Positions 50,568 through 60,238 of a stretch of 64,000 bases of DNA are shown here, piece by piece. A program made the position numbers and the translations under genes. The DNA is from Candidatus Poribacteria bacterium (lineage in GTDB: Bacteria > Poribacteria > WGA-4E > WGA-3G). The DNA lies in the NCBI GenBank assembly GCA_963663765.2, contig CAXXUA010000004.1:480001-544000 (forward strand). Direction: 5' to 3'. Below the pieces are notes generated by a model. The model had not been told where the DNA came from. It saw nothing but the letters and a program-made list of their open reading frames with translations, and searched no databases. The stretch's first letter is position 1. Every line of letters begins with the position of its first letter.

Positions 50568-52160
50568 ATGAAGAATAGATTATTCAAGATGTTAGGATTG
50601 TTGATTGTAATCTTTGCAATTAAGACCCTTGGTTATGCACAAGACTACTCACAATGGCATCTACCACACGGTGCAACATTACGCATCGGCAAAGGGGAAA
50701 TCAACGATGTCGCATTTACCTCAGATGGAAATAAATTAGCAATCGCATCAGACATCGGTGTATGGATTTACAACGCACATACAGGTGCAGAAATTATAAT
50801 GTTGAAAGTACGTCCTCGTGGTGTTAATACGGCACATTGTATCACTTTTTCACCAGATAACAAAACGCTTGCAATTGGAAACTATGTGTTTGGGGGTGCT
50901 GTCGAATTGTGGGACACCGAGAAAGGAGAACTTATCTCTGTATTAAATGAAGATGTAGGAAGTGTGGAGGAATTAGTGTTTTCACCTGATGGCAAAATGC
51001 TTGCTTGTGCAAGTTGGTACCGCAATGTCATTTACCACATGTGGGAAGTAGAATCTGGTCGTGAGATGTTTCATTTTGTTGGGGAACAAGACACACTATA
51101 TAACGGATTAGCACTATCACCTGATGCGTTCTCTGTTGCAAGTGCTGCTAAAGAGGGTGTATATCTTTGGGATGCGACCAAAGGACAACTTAAACACACA
51201 TTAGTTCCTGGACAAGCGTGGTCATTAGGTTTCTCAACAGATAGTAAAACGCTTATCGGTGGGAGAACAACCCTAAACTCCTGGGATGTTGAATCAGGTA
51301 AGGAATTAACTGAATATAAAGAACATACTCGAAATGTTGAAGATATCGTCTTTTCTCCTGATGGCAAAACGTTCGCAAGTGGCGATACCGGCGGAAATAT
51401 CATCTTATGGAAGTTTGATCAACCTAATAAACAGATAGTTGACAAGGCAAAGAAACTTTCACTACCCAAAGTCCTAAAACCATTCACAGGTGACAAAAAG
51501 CAAAAAAACGACAATAAACTAATTAGACATAAGTTGACTGGACATACACTTCCAATCAGTGGATTAGATTTTACAGCAGATAGCAAAAAACTTGCTAGTG
51601 GTTCTGATGACGGAACTGCAAAGATTTGGAATGTTACAACAGGAAAAGAAATCCTAACAATTCAAGGACATACAGGCACAGTGAATATGTTGAAGATTTC
51701 TGCTGATGGAAAAACACTTTATTCTGCTTCGTCAGATGGAATCATAAGGTTGTATAATTTAGAGACCCAAGACGAACAACTCATACAAACCAAACAACCA
51801 TGGCATGCCTGGGATGCTGCTATCTCAAACGATGAAAAGTTAGTAGCAACAGGATGTTGGGGGGAAGTTAGAATCTGGGACATAGAAAAACAGGAATTCT
51901 ACGAACCGATGAAAAAAGATGGTAATTTTGCAACCGCAATTGCATTCTCTCCCGATAACAAAATTATTGCAAGTGGCCACTGGAAGGGAAAAGTTAGATT
52001 ATGGGATGTTGAAAACCTGCGTTTACACACCGAACTTGATGGACATACGGAAGACATCAACGATGTAGTATTTTCACCAGATGGTAAGAGTTTCGCAAGT
52101 GCAAGTAAAGATGGTACTGCATATATGTGGAATCTTGAAACTATGAAGGGAATTCTCTAA
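50568..52160 (+). CDS. Secreted WD40 protein, truncated by the tnpB element
   Basis: Signal peptide and WD40 repeats; ends abruptly at the IS left end; WD repeats resume at about 53524. Confidence 0.8.
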   Translation: MKNRLFKMLGLLIVIFAIKTLGYAQDYSQWHLPHGATLRIGKGEINDVAFTSDGNKLAIASDIGVWIYNAHTGAEIIMLKVRPRGVNTAHCITFSPDNKTLAIGNYVFGGAVELWDTEKGELISVLNEDVGSVEELVFSPDGKMLACASWYRNVIYHMWEVESGREMFHFVGEQDTLYNGLALSPDAFSVASAAKEGVYLWDATKGQLKHTLVPGQAWSLGFSTDSKTLIGGRTTLNSWDVESGKELTEYKEHTRNVEDIVFSPDGKTFASGDTGGNIILWKFDQPNKQIVDKAKKLSLPKVLKPFTGDKKQKNDNKLIRHKLTGHTLPISGLDFTADSKKLASGSDDGTAKIWNVTTGKEILTIQGHTGTVNMLKISADGKTLYSASSDGIIRLYNLETQDEQLIQTKQPWHAWDAAISNDEKLVATGCWGEVRIWDIEKQEFYEPMKKDGNFATAIAFSPDNKIIASGHWKGKVRLWDVENLRLHTELDGHTEDINDVVFSPDGKSFASASKDGTAYMWNLETMKGIL

Positions 52161-53523
52161 CAATCCCAAGTCTTTAGACTTGGGTCAAAAAACGTTGACA
52201 TTTTTATGTCTTCTATGGAATCCGTATAGGACTGACTCAGTGATAGGTGTTGACACACCTATCACACCACGTCAATGGAAGTCAGCACCCTACAGGAATC
52301 AGGTATGTCCTACAAAACACACAAGATTACATTGAATCCGAACAACAAACAACGCACATGGTTTACTCAGCAATGTGGTTATGCGAGGTTTGCCTACAAT
52401 CAAGCTTTGTCAGATTTTAAGGTAGGATTAGATAATGATAACTTCCAGTCGTGGCGCACCCTTAATAACAACTTCAACAAAGCGAAAAAGGGTTATGATT
52501 GGACACGTTCCCAAGATCAACGTGCAGCGTTATATGCGATCAAGAATTTGGGTCAAGCGATTACGAATTGGGTTAGCAAACGTGCGAGGTTTCCTCGATT
52601 CAAAAAGCGTGGGATTCGGGACGCATGGACAACAGACGAACAATCTGTGAAAGTTGAAGGCAAGAGGGTCCGGTTGCCTAAGGTTGGTTGGGTCAAAATG
52701 CGTCAAGCATTGCGTTTTGTAGGGAAGATTATCAGCGTGACGATCTCAAGGACAGCACATCGTTGGTTTATATCTATCACTGTAGAAACAGAGGACACCG
52801 AAGTCGTTGACAATTCAACGCACCCTGTTATCGGTATAGATGTAGGCATTAACACCCTTGCCACCTTGAGTAATGGCACGAAATATGATAATCCAAGACC
52901 TCTGAAACGCTATGAGAGAAAACTAAAGAGGGAACAACGCAAGTTGAGTCGGCGTGTTTTCAAGTCTAAAAACTGGTTCAAGCAGAAACACAAGTTAGAA
53001 CGTATCCACTATCGTATCGCTTGTATCCGAAATGATGCACACCACAAAGCAACTACAGAGATCGTCAACCTTGCATCTACTATCAGCATTGAGACACTAA
53101 AAATAACGAACATGCTAAAGAATAGAAAACTCGCGAAGGCATTATCGGATTCAGCGTTAGGTGGGTTTCTCAATAAGCTAAAAACGAAAGCAGATGCTTT
53201 CGGAATACCTGTATTACAAGCACCGCAATTCTATGCTTCAAGCAAAACTTGTAGTCGATGTAGACACAAGAAAGATGATTTGACACTATCAGAGAGAACT
53301 TATCATTGCAGTCAATGCGACTATCAAATAGATAGAGACATAAATGCTGCAATCAACCTAAGAACCCTCGCTGTCGGATAGACAGAGAGCATAAACGCTT
53401 GTGGAGTCCGAATAAGACCTCACGCGGTTCAGGATAGAGGCATGAGAGACGGAAGCAGGAATCACACAGAGGAGAGTTATGTGTTTCAAAGAAGCACACG
53501 ACTTTAGTCGTCGTGAGTATCAC
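52148..53523 (+). mobile_element. IS200/IS605-family tnpB-only (IS1341-like) element; boundaries approximate
   Basis: Left hairpin CCCAAGTC-TTTA-GACTTGGG; right hairpin CACGAC-TTTA-GTCGTCGTG followed by AGTATCAC; no tnpA. Confidence 0.8.
52305..53381 (+). CDS. tnpB: RNA-guided endonuclease TnpB
   Basis: N-terminal HTH, RuvC GIDVG / SIETL / DRDINAA, zinc finger CSRC...CSQC. The ORF is open from 52275. Confidence 0.92.
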   Translation: MSYKTHKITLNPNNKQRTWFTQQCGYARFAYNQALSDFKVGLDNDNFQSWRTLNNNFNKAKKGYDWTRSQDQRAALYAIKNLGQAITNWVSKRARFPRFKKRGIRDAWTTDEQSVKVEGKRVRLPKVGWVKMRQALRFVGKIISVTISRTAHRWFISITVETEDTEVVDNSTHPVIGIDVGINTLATLSNGTKYDNPRPLKRYERKLKREQRKLSRRVFKSKNWFKQKHKLERIHYRIACIRNDAHHKATTEIVNLASTISIETLKITNMLKNRKLAKALSDSALGGFLNKLKTKADAFGIPVLQAPQFYASSKTCSRCRHKKDDLTLSERTYHCSQCDYQIDRDINAAINLRTLAVG

Positions 53524-53543
53524 TAAAACATCCTTACCAATGG
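53370..53543 (+). ncRNA. Putative TnpB omegaRNA (right-end scaffold plus flanking guide)
   Basis: AACGCTTGTGGAG...GAAGCAGGAA scaffold motifs and the right-end hairpin. The guide would be the flank TAAAACATCCTTACC...; extent inferred. Confidence 0.55.
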
Positions 53544-53920
53544 GAGATAGTCGAGGAGTGGAAGCTTTAGCATTTTCTCCCGATAGCAGCATTCTCATAA
53601 CTGCAAGATGGAATGGTAGCATGCAAATTTGGGATACAAAGACACACCAACACATCGCGGAATTCATAAATGCAAGAGGAACTGTTGCTGGAATGGTCCT
53701 ATCACCTGACGGAAAAACTCTGGTAACGGGGTACCATGGTGGATTAGTTAGACTCTGGGATGTAGATACAAGATCACTTCGGTCCGAATTCAATACAGGA
53801 GATGCAGATGCACCAACACATTTCGCATTTTCATCAGATGGTAAGACACTTGTCAGTGGTAGTCGCAACGGCACAATCCTAATCTGGGATTTAGAAGAAA
53901 TGGGTATTGCAAATAGATAG
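53513..53920 (+). pseudogene. Orphaned C-terminal part of the WD40 gene at 50568
   Basis: Three WD repeats ending GTILIWD, no signal peptide; starts inside the IS right end. Confidence 0.75.
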
Positions 53921-53960
53921 CTTGAATATCAGATACCCAAGATATAACAGGAGTTAAACT

Positions 53961-56075
53961 ATGATATTCTCAAACAACTACCAAAATAAAACAATATCAA
54001 CATGCTTACTGATATGTCTATTTTACCTCACACATTGTGTTAGTGTACCCTCAAAACTATATGCAGCAGAAACAACGTATACTCAATGGAACTTACCCGA
54101 AGGCGCGAAAATGCGACTCGGAAAAGGAAGAATTAACGATATTGTCTACTCACCAGATGGGAAAAAGTTTGCTGTAGCAACAGCAATCGGGATATGGATT
54201 TACAGTGCAGACAGAGCAAAAGAACTCACACTAATAACTGGACATGACATAGAGATAGAAACCGTCGCGTTTACACAAGACGCACAATATATCATCAGTG
54301 CGGATTCAGAGGGAAAATGTCTAAAATGGGATGTCGCATCAGGAGAACTAATTGAGGTTATTGCTGAAGGAAACGTCATTTTCAATAAAGTTGATATTTC
54401 TGATAACGGTACAACTCTTGTTACATACGACCAGAATAGCAAATTTCATATAAAAAACATAAACGATCCCGATGCTGAACACAATGTTTTTGATGATACG
54501 GAGCGAGATCCAAGAATATTGAAAGTCTCTCCCAACGGAAGGACGATTGCAACTGCAAAAACACCTTTTTCTTCGTCTTCTGAAATTGCACCAAAGAACT
54601 ACAGACTCCAAGTTTGGGATACTAAAACACAATCATTACTCATTAATCTTCAAGGAGAAGACCCATATATACATGGCATCGAATTCACACCAGATGGTAA
54701 AAATGTAGTAACTTCGGATATTGATGGTGATATTCAGTTTTGGAATGTTGCAACTGGAACAACGACACATACATTCAAAGCAAATAATAGAGGAACAACT
54801 GCTATTGCCTTTGCACCCAAAGGTAAAATACTTGCAACAGGCGATTTTGAAAAAAATACGTTACAACTGTGGAAAATGCCTTCCACATCTAAACAACCCA
54901 AGTCCATTCAGACATTAAAAGGACACAAATCTTACATAAGAAATTGTGTATTTTCACCTGATGAGAAAACTATTCTCACCGCAAGCCAAAATGGGATAAT
55001 AATGGCTTGGGATGTTGTCACAGGTAAGCAAAAATACAATATCACAGGCCATGTCGGACGTATCCTTGAACTTACTCATACTGATTCCGATAACAATATT
55101 ACCAGTGCAAATTCCAATGTATATGTATGGTCTCATCCTGTTACACATTTACGCAATTGGGATATAAAAACTGGTAGTCTAACGTCAACTGCCCTTGTAG
55201 AATTGATAAAAATAGAAACAGTGTCACCCAATTGTAAGACAATAGTTTATACAAAAGAGGATAAAAAAATCCACTTGTGGGATACAGAAACAATGAAAAA
55301 CAGACTCACAATTACAGCAGATGAGGAATACAAACTCGGCGAATATTACATCCTCTCTTCAAATGAAGAGTTTCTGGCTATTAGTAGCACCGAGGAACCA
55401 ATCTATGTGTGGAACATATCTGATGAATCTGAAACAAGAAAACCGTGGAAATCTCTAATTACAGACTCAAAATCTCCTCATATAATGACTTTCTCACCGG
55501 ACGGTAAGTTTTTAGCAAGTGATGATGGTTTATATACTATACATCTATGGAATGTGGAGATGGAAGAAATTCTATCTACTTTTACAATACATGACAATCA
55601 CGGTGATAAAAAATGGACATACTATAGGAATAACTCAAAAGGTCTTGCTATTTCTCCAGATGGTAAAAAACTTGCATGTGGGAGAGAAGATGCAATTTAC
55701 TTATGGAATACAATTACAGACGATGAAATAAGTGTTTTAATTCCAGAACGACTTTCCGACAATTATATGACATTGCTGTTTTCACCAGATAGCAACATCC
55801 TATTGAGTGCATGCAACGGAATAATTATCAAATACGCTCCCGGTCAGATAGTAAAACCAGATGGTGGTAATGTCACGAAATCTTCCAGTATGTATGGTGG
55901 AGGTACATTTCAACTGTGGGATGCCAACTCAGGTGAATTGATAACGACACTAACTGGACATAGCGATGTTATTGACGCATTTACGTTTTCAAAAGATGGA
56001 AAAACACTCGCAACTGGCAGTTGGGACGGCACAATTCTATTCTGGGATTGGGAAAAAATCTCATCTTTGCGTTAG
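53961..56075 (+). CDS. Secreted WD40 protein, array member 1
   Basis: Signal peptide, QWNLPEGAKMRLGKG, WD40 repeats, ends GTILFWDWEKISSLR. Confidence 0.9.
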   Translation: MIFSNNYQNKTISTCLLICLFYLTHCVSVPSKLYAAETTYTQWNLPEGAKMRLGKGRINDIVYSPDGKKFAVATAIGIWIYSADRAKELTLITGHDIEIETVAFTQDAQYIISADSEGKCLKWDVASGELIEVIAEGNVIFNKVDISDNGTTLVTYDQNSKFHIKNINDPDAEHNVFDDTERDPRILKVSPNGRTIATAKTPFSSSSEIAPKNYRLQVWDTKTQSLLINLQGEDPYIHGIEFTPDGKNVVTSDIDGDIQFWNVATGTTTHTFKANNRGTTAIAFAPKGKILATGDFEKNTLQLWKMPSTSKQPKSIQTLKGHKSYIRNCVFSPDEKTILTASQNGIIMAWDVVTGKQKYNITGHVGRILELTHTDSDNNITSANSNVYVWSHPVTHLRNWDIKTGSLTSTALVELIKIETVSPNCKTIVYTKEDKKIHLWDTETMKNRLTITADEEYKLGEYYILSSNEEFLAISSTEEPIYVWNISDESETRKPWKSLITDSKSPHIMTFSPDGKFLASDDGLYTIHLWNVEMEEILSTFTIHDNHGDKKWTYYRNNSKGLAISPDGKKLACGREDAIYLWNTITDDEISVLIPERLSDNYMTLLFSPDSNILLSACNGIIIKYAPGQIVKPDGGNVTKSSSMYGGGTFQLWDANSGELITTLTGHSDVIDAFTFSKDGKTLATGSWDGTILFWDWEKISSLR

Positions 56076-56218
56076 TTTAAGTCTTGTCATTTTTGTAAAT
56101 GAGGCATGACTAATTCAACATTTTATATGGAGTTTGTATATGAAAAAGTTTTTAATGTTTTACTTTCTATCCTTGCTAATTTCAATCCAATTTCTACCAA
56201 ATGGATATGCTCAAGACT
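56028..56218 (+). repeat. Conserved WD40-array junction J1
   Basis: Near-identical to 58141-58331 and 59999-60189. Confidence 0.9.
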
Positions 56219-58188
56219 ATACTACACGATGGAACGTGCCTGAAGAAGCTATCGTGCGTCTCGGTAGGGGAATTATTTACGATATCAAATATTCTCAAGA
56301 CGGGTCCAAATTTGCTGTCGCTACATCTATAGGGATTTGGATTTATGATGCCCTCACAGGAAGAGAGCTTAAGTTTCTTAATACACCAAGCAATCTCATT
56401 AAAATAATAGAGTTCTCACCCGACGACAACATTATCGCTGGTGCATCCTCGGATGAGGTCCTATTGTGGAATATGGATACAGAAAAACTATCTACAACTT
56501 TACCTGCCCCGAAGGGTATTAAGATCTTATATTTCTCCGTAGATGGATCAAAACTCACTTGTATTGGAAATGAAGGGCAGATTCGCGTATGGAATCTCAT
56601 GGCTGAAAAAACGAATATGGAATTTAAGGATATAAAGTTTGGTTCAGAATATTTAAAAGGTTCAAGCTCTTATTCGTTTGCGATATCGCCAGATAGACAC
56701 TTATTAGCTGCTGTATTTTATGCACAGCGTACGTACCAATTTCGAGTATGGAACATTAACACTGGAAAGTATATCAGAGCAGCAGCCGGCGATTGGGGGT
56801 ATGGATCAAAACTTGTATTTTCACCAAACAGTAAATTCCTTGCAAGTGTCCGCGGATTTAGATCTATTGGAATTTGGGAAGTGGGAACGGACAGTCGTGA
56901 GGAAACTTTTATTGGTTCTTCTCATAGTGGAATTGTCACATTAGTTTTTTCACCAAAAGGTAAGTTCCTCGCTGCTGCAAATAGGGTTGGCGTGCGGTTA
57001 TATAACAAAGCAATTGCACGGCATCCACCATGGACATTACTAGAACGTAATGATGGTTTTCCACTAATTCTCAACAAAGGTAAAAGCGATATTTATTTGC
57101 TTGCGTTTTCTCCTGACGAAGGCACGCTCCTTGCAGTCAGTAGTAACGGTACAATCAGTGCATGGAATACTATAACTTGGGACCAAGCGTTCAGTATAAC
57201 AGAACATCCAAGCTACATAAAAGGCCTTAAGTTTACCAAAAAAGATGGCACATTAACCAATACACTCACAAGTTATTCTGGTTTTAGAAACATCCGAATA
57301 CAACTATGGGATCTAAATCTGGGAAAACAACTTAAGGCAGAATACTTAGATGTCAGGGGTAGCGGGGTAGTTGAACCTTATGGTGGGACTGTCGTTAGTA
57401 CTAATAACGATGGTACTATAAAAGTATGGGATGTTAAAACCAAAAAGCCGATCGCTATTTTGAAAGGACAACCCACAGCAGACCCATATAATCGATTGAC
57501 CATTTCACATGGAGGTGAAATCGTTGCAAGCGGCGGAAAAGACACATTTGTTAGAGTGTGGAATACTCGTAATCTTAAACAAAACACACCTCAATTCACA
57601 CTTAAAGGACATACTTCACCAATTGAAAATTTAACATTTTCACCTGATGGAAAGACTTTAGCTTCCAGCAGTTATGATACTACAAATAGGAAGTATATAA
57701 TTCGCTTGTGGAACATGACCAATGGAAAACTATTATCTAATATCACACCGAACAAAAATATAGTTAAGACATTAGCATTTTCTCCAGATGGTAAAATACT
57801 CGTGACTGCCTCAGGTGACGATAGTCTTCGTCTATGGAACATAACTAACGCCACTCAAATTTCGGTTATCAAAAACCAAAAGGGCGTAAGTACTATACAG
57901 TTTGCTCCAGATGGTAAGACATTGGTAATTGGTAAGTGGAATGGAACAATAAATGTTTGTAGGTTAGACACTAACTATAATGTACCTCTTATTAATACGT
58001 TATCATCAATGCTTAGTGGAATGAAGAATTCCATCACGAAGGAAGAAACATCTAATCCATATTTTAGAGGACATACGTTTGCGGTTTCAGTGTTAGAATT
58101 CTCTCCTAACGGAAAAACGCTCGCAAGCGGTAGCAAAGACGGCACAATTCTACTCTGGGATTGGAAAAAAATTACATCTTTGCGTTAG
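56140..58188 (+). CDS. Secreted WD40 protein, array member 2
   Basis: MKKFLMFYFLSLLISIQFLPNGYAQD signal peptide; ends GTILLWDWKKITSLR. Confidence 0.9.
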   Translation: MKKFLMFYFLSLLISIQFLPNGYAQDYTTRWNVPEEAIVRLGRGIIYDIKYSQDGSKFAVATSIGIWIYDALTGRELKFLNTPSNLIKIIEFSPDDNIIAGASSDEVLLWNMDTEKLSTTLPAPKGIKILYFSVDGSKLTCIGNEGQIRVWNLMAEKTNMEFKDIKFGSEYLKGSSSYSFAISPDRHLLAAVFYAQRTYQFRVWNINTGKYIRAAAGDWGYGSKLVFSPNSKFLASVRGFRSIGIWEVGTDSREETFIGSSHSGIVTLVFSPKGKFLAAANRVGVRLYNKAIARHPPWTLLERNDGFPLILNKGKSDIYLLAFSPDEGTLLAVSSNGTISAWNTITWDQAFSITEHPSYIKGLKFTKKDGTLTNTLTSYSGFRNIRIQLWDLNLGKQLKAEYLDVRGSGVVEPYGGTVVSTNNDGTIKVWDVKTKKPIAILKGQPTADPYNRLTISHGGEIVASGGKDTFVRVWNTRNLKQNTPQFTLKGHTSPIENLTFSPDGKTLASSSYDTTNRKYIIRLWNMTNGKLLSNITPNKNIVKTLAFSPDGKILVTASGDDSLRLWNITNATQISVIKNQKGVSTIQFAPDGKTLVIGKWNGTINVCRLDTNYNVPLINTLSSMLSGMKNSITKEETSNPYFRGHTFAVSVLEFSPNGKTLASGSKDGTILLWDWKKITSLR

Positions 58189-58380
58189 TTTAAGTCTTGT
58201 CATTTTTGTAAATGAGGCTTGAATGATTCAACATTTTATAAGGAGTTTATATATGAAAAAGTTTTTAATGTTTTACTTTCTATCCTTACTAATTTCAATC
58301 CAATTTCTACCAAACGGATACGCTCAAGACTTTACACAATGGAACTTACCCGAAGGCGCGAAAATGCGACTCGGAAAAGG
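58141..58380 (+). repeat. Conserved WD40-array junction J2
   Basis: Near-identical to J1 and J3; its last 44 bp are identical to 54084-54127. Confidence 0.9.
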
Positions 58381-60046
58381 TGAGATAAACGATATTAAGT
58401 TTTCGCCTGATGGCAATCTGTTAGCCGTGGGTACCAGCATTGGGATTTGGATCTATGATGTACAAACGCGTAAAGAAGTCAACTTTTTGAAATCAAATAA
58501 ATATCAGATAGACGCATTAATGTTTATAGAAAATGGAAAAAAAATAGTAAGTGCTGGTGTAGACGGTCCAAGTAGCAGGATTATAACTTGGGAGGCGAAA
58601 ACAGATTCTTCACTGGACAAACTTATCATGCAAAAATATGGTGAACGATTATCTGGTACTGGTTATATTTGGTCATCGGCACTATCACATAACGGCAATC
58701 TGTTAGCGGTTGGAAATGGAAGCGGTTCAATTCATTTGGTTGACACACGTACGGGTAACCGAATCTCAACCTTTAAAGCACATTCGGACAGTGTAAATGG
58801 TTTAGCATTTTCACTGGACAGCAGCACTCTGGTAAGTGGAAGTACGGACTCAAAAATTTACATGTGGGACGTTGCCACTCAAAAACGTCAGCAAACCCTA
58901 ACCCGGTTATCTGAGACTCACGCGATAGCATTTAGTCCTGATGGAAAAAGAGTCGCGAATGGGAATTTTGGTGGTGGTCTATACATATGGGACATAGAAT
59001 CAAAACAAAAACTCATGACATTCAAAGGACATACGGATGCTATAAGAACGTTAGCATATTCCCCTGATGGTAAAATGTTAGCAAGTGGTAGTTGGGACAA
59101 AACAATTCGCTTGTGGGACACTAAAACGGGAAATCAAATTGCAATTATAAATGGACATCCCCATTTTGTAGAAAGAATGGCTCTTGCACCTGATGGAAAC
59201 TACGTATCTGGTACAGCTCGAGGTTTAATCAATATTTGGGATACAAGAACACGTCAAGAAATCCATTCACAGACGAGAAATGAATACAGTTTAGTCAGAG
59301 GTTTAGCATTTACAAACAATTCTACACAACTATATAGTGTGAATGTAGGATTTGAACTTGCTCTTACAGATGCATCAAACAACCAAAAATTGTTTACCAA
59401 ACAATTTAAAGGACACAAGGGAGCTAATTGGGCAATTTCTTTTAACCCAAGCAGAACAATAATCGCAAACGCCTACAGAGATATGAATATCCGTCTGTGG
59501 AATGTTAATACAGGAATAGAACTTACTGCAATTCATTCCGGTTTTAAGGAAGCAATCATTGACTTGACTTTTTCTGCTGATGCAAAAATGTTAGCAGGAG
59601 CAGGAAAGGAAGGAGATATTCGAATTTGGAACACAAGCAATGGAAAGTTGTTATTCACACTGACTGGACACGCAAAAAGGGTTGAATCCTTAGCATTTTC
59701 TCCTAATGGCAAAATGTTAGCAAGTGCCAGTTGGGATGGTACAATGCGTCTGTGGGACATAGAAGCGGAAAGACAAATCTCACAACACGCAAATGGTCGT
59801 ATAGGAGGAATTATTGAAGTAGTGTTTTCATTAGATGGTAAGACAATCGTAAGCACGAGTACTTCAAGACAGATTCAATTGTGGAAGATATACGATAATC
59901 GTCAGATGCCTGCGGTTACGCTCACTGGACACAACGGATGGATTAGAACTCTTGAATTCTCCGAAGATGGTAAAACGCTTGCAAGCGGAAGCGATGATGG
60001 CACTATTCTACTCTGGGATTGGGAAAAAATTACATCTTTGCGTTAG
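58253..60046 (+). CDS. Secreted WD40 protein, array member 3
   Basis: Same signal peptide; RBS AGGAG before ATG 58253; ends GTILLWDWEKITSLR. Confidence 0.9.
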   Translation: MKKFLMFYFLSLLISIQFLPNGYAQDFTQWNLPEGAKMRLGKGEINDIKFSPDGNLLAVGTSIGIWIYDVQTRKEVNFLKSNKYQIDALMFIENGKKIVSAGVDGPSSRIITWEAKTDSSLDKLIMQKYGERLSGTGYIWSSALSHNGNLLAVGNGSGSIHLVDTRTGNRISTFKAHSDSVNGLAFSLDSSTLVSGSTDSKIYMWDVATQKRQQTLTRLSETHAIAFSPDGKRVANGNFGGGLYIWDIESKQKLMTFKGHTDAIRTLAYSPDGKMLASGSWDKTIRLWDTKTGNQIAIINGHPHFVERMALAPDGNYVSGTARGLINIWDTRTRQEIHSQTRNEYSLVRGLAFTNNSTQLYSVNVGFELALTDASNNQKLFTKQFKGHKGANWAISFNPSRTIIANAYRDMNIRLWNVNTGIELTAIHSGFKEAIIDLTFSADAKMLAGAGKEGDIRIWNTSNGKLLFTLTGHAKRVESLAFSPNGKMLASASWDGTMRLWDIEAERQISQHANGRIGGIIEVVFSLDGKTIVSTSTSRQIQLWKIYDNRQMPAVTLTGHNGWIRTLEFSEDGKTLASGSDDGTILLWDWEKITSLR

Positions 60047-60238
60047 TTTAAGTTTTGTCATTTTTGTAAATGAGGTCTGACTAATTCAACATTTTATATG
60101 GAGTTTATATATGAAAAAGTTTTTAATGTTTTACTTTCTATCCTTGCTAATTTTAATCCAATTTCTACCAAACGGATACGCTCAAGACTTTACACAATGG
60201 AACTTACCCGAAGGCGCGAAAATGCGTATCGGCAAAGG
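59999..60238 (+). repeat. Conserved WD40-array junction J3
   Basis: Near-identical to J1 and J2. Confidence 0.9.

Noticed and set aside
52148-52304. IStron (group I intron plus IS) in the WD40 gene
   Set aside because: Only about 150 bp lie between the left end and tnpB, too short for a group I intron core.
56076-56139. Canonical integron attC sites in the WD40 array
   Set aside because: The RYYYAAC and GTTRRRY boxes are in the wrong order, no integrase is present, and the homology extends far into coding sequence; kept only as a speculative hairpin.
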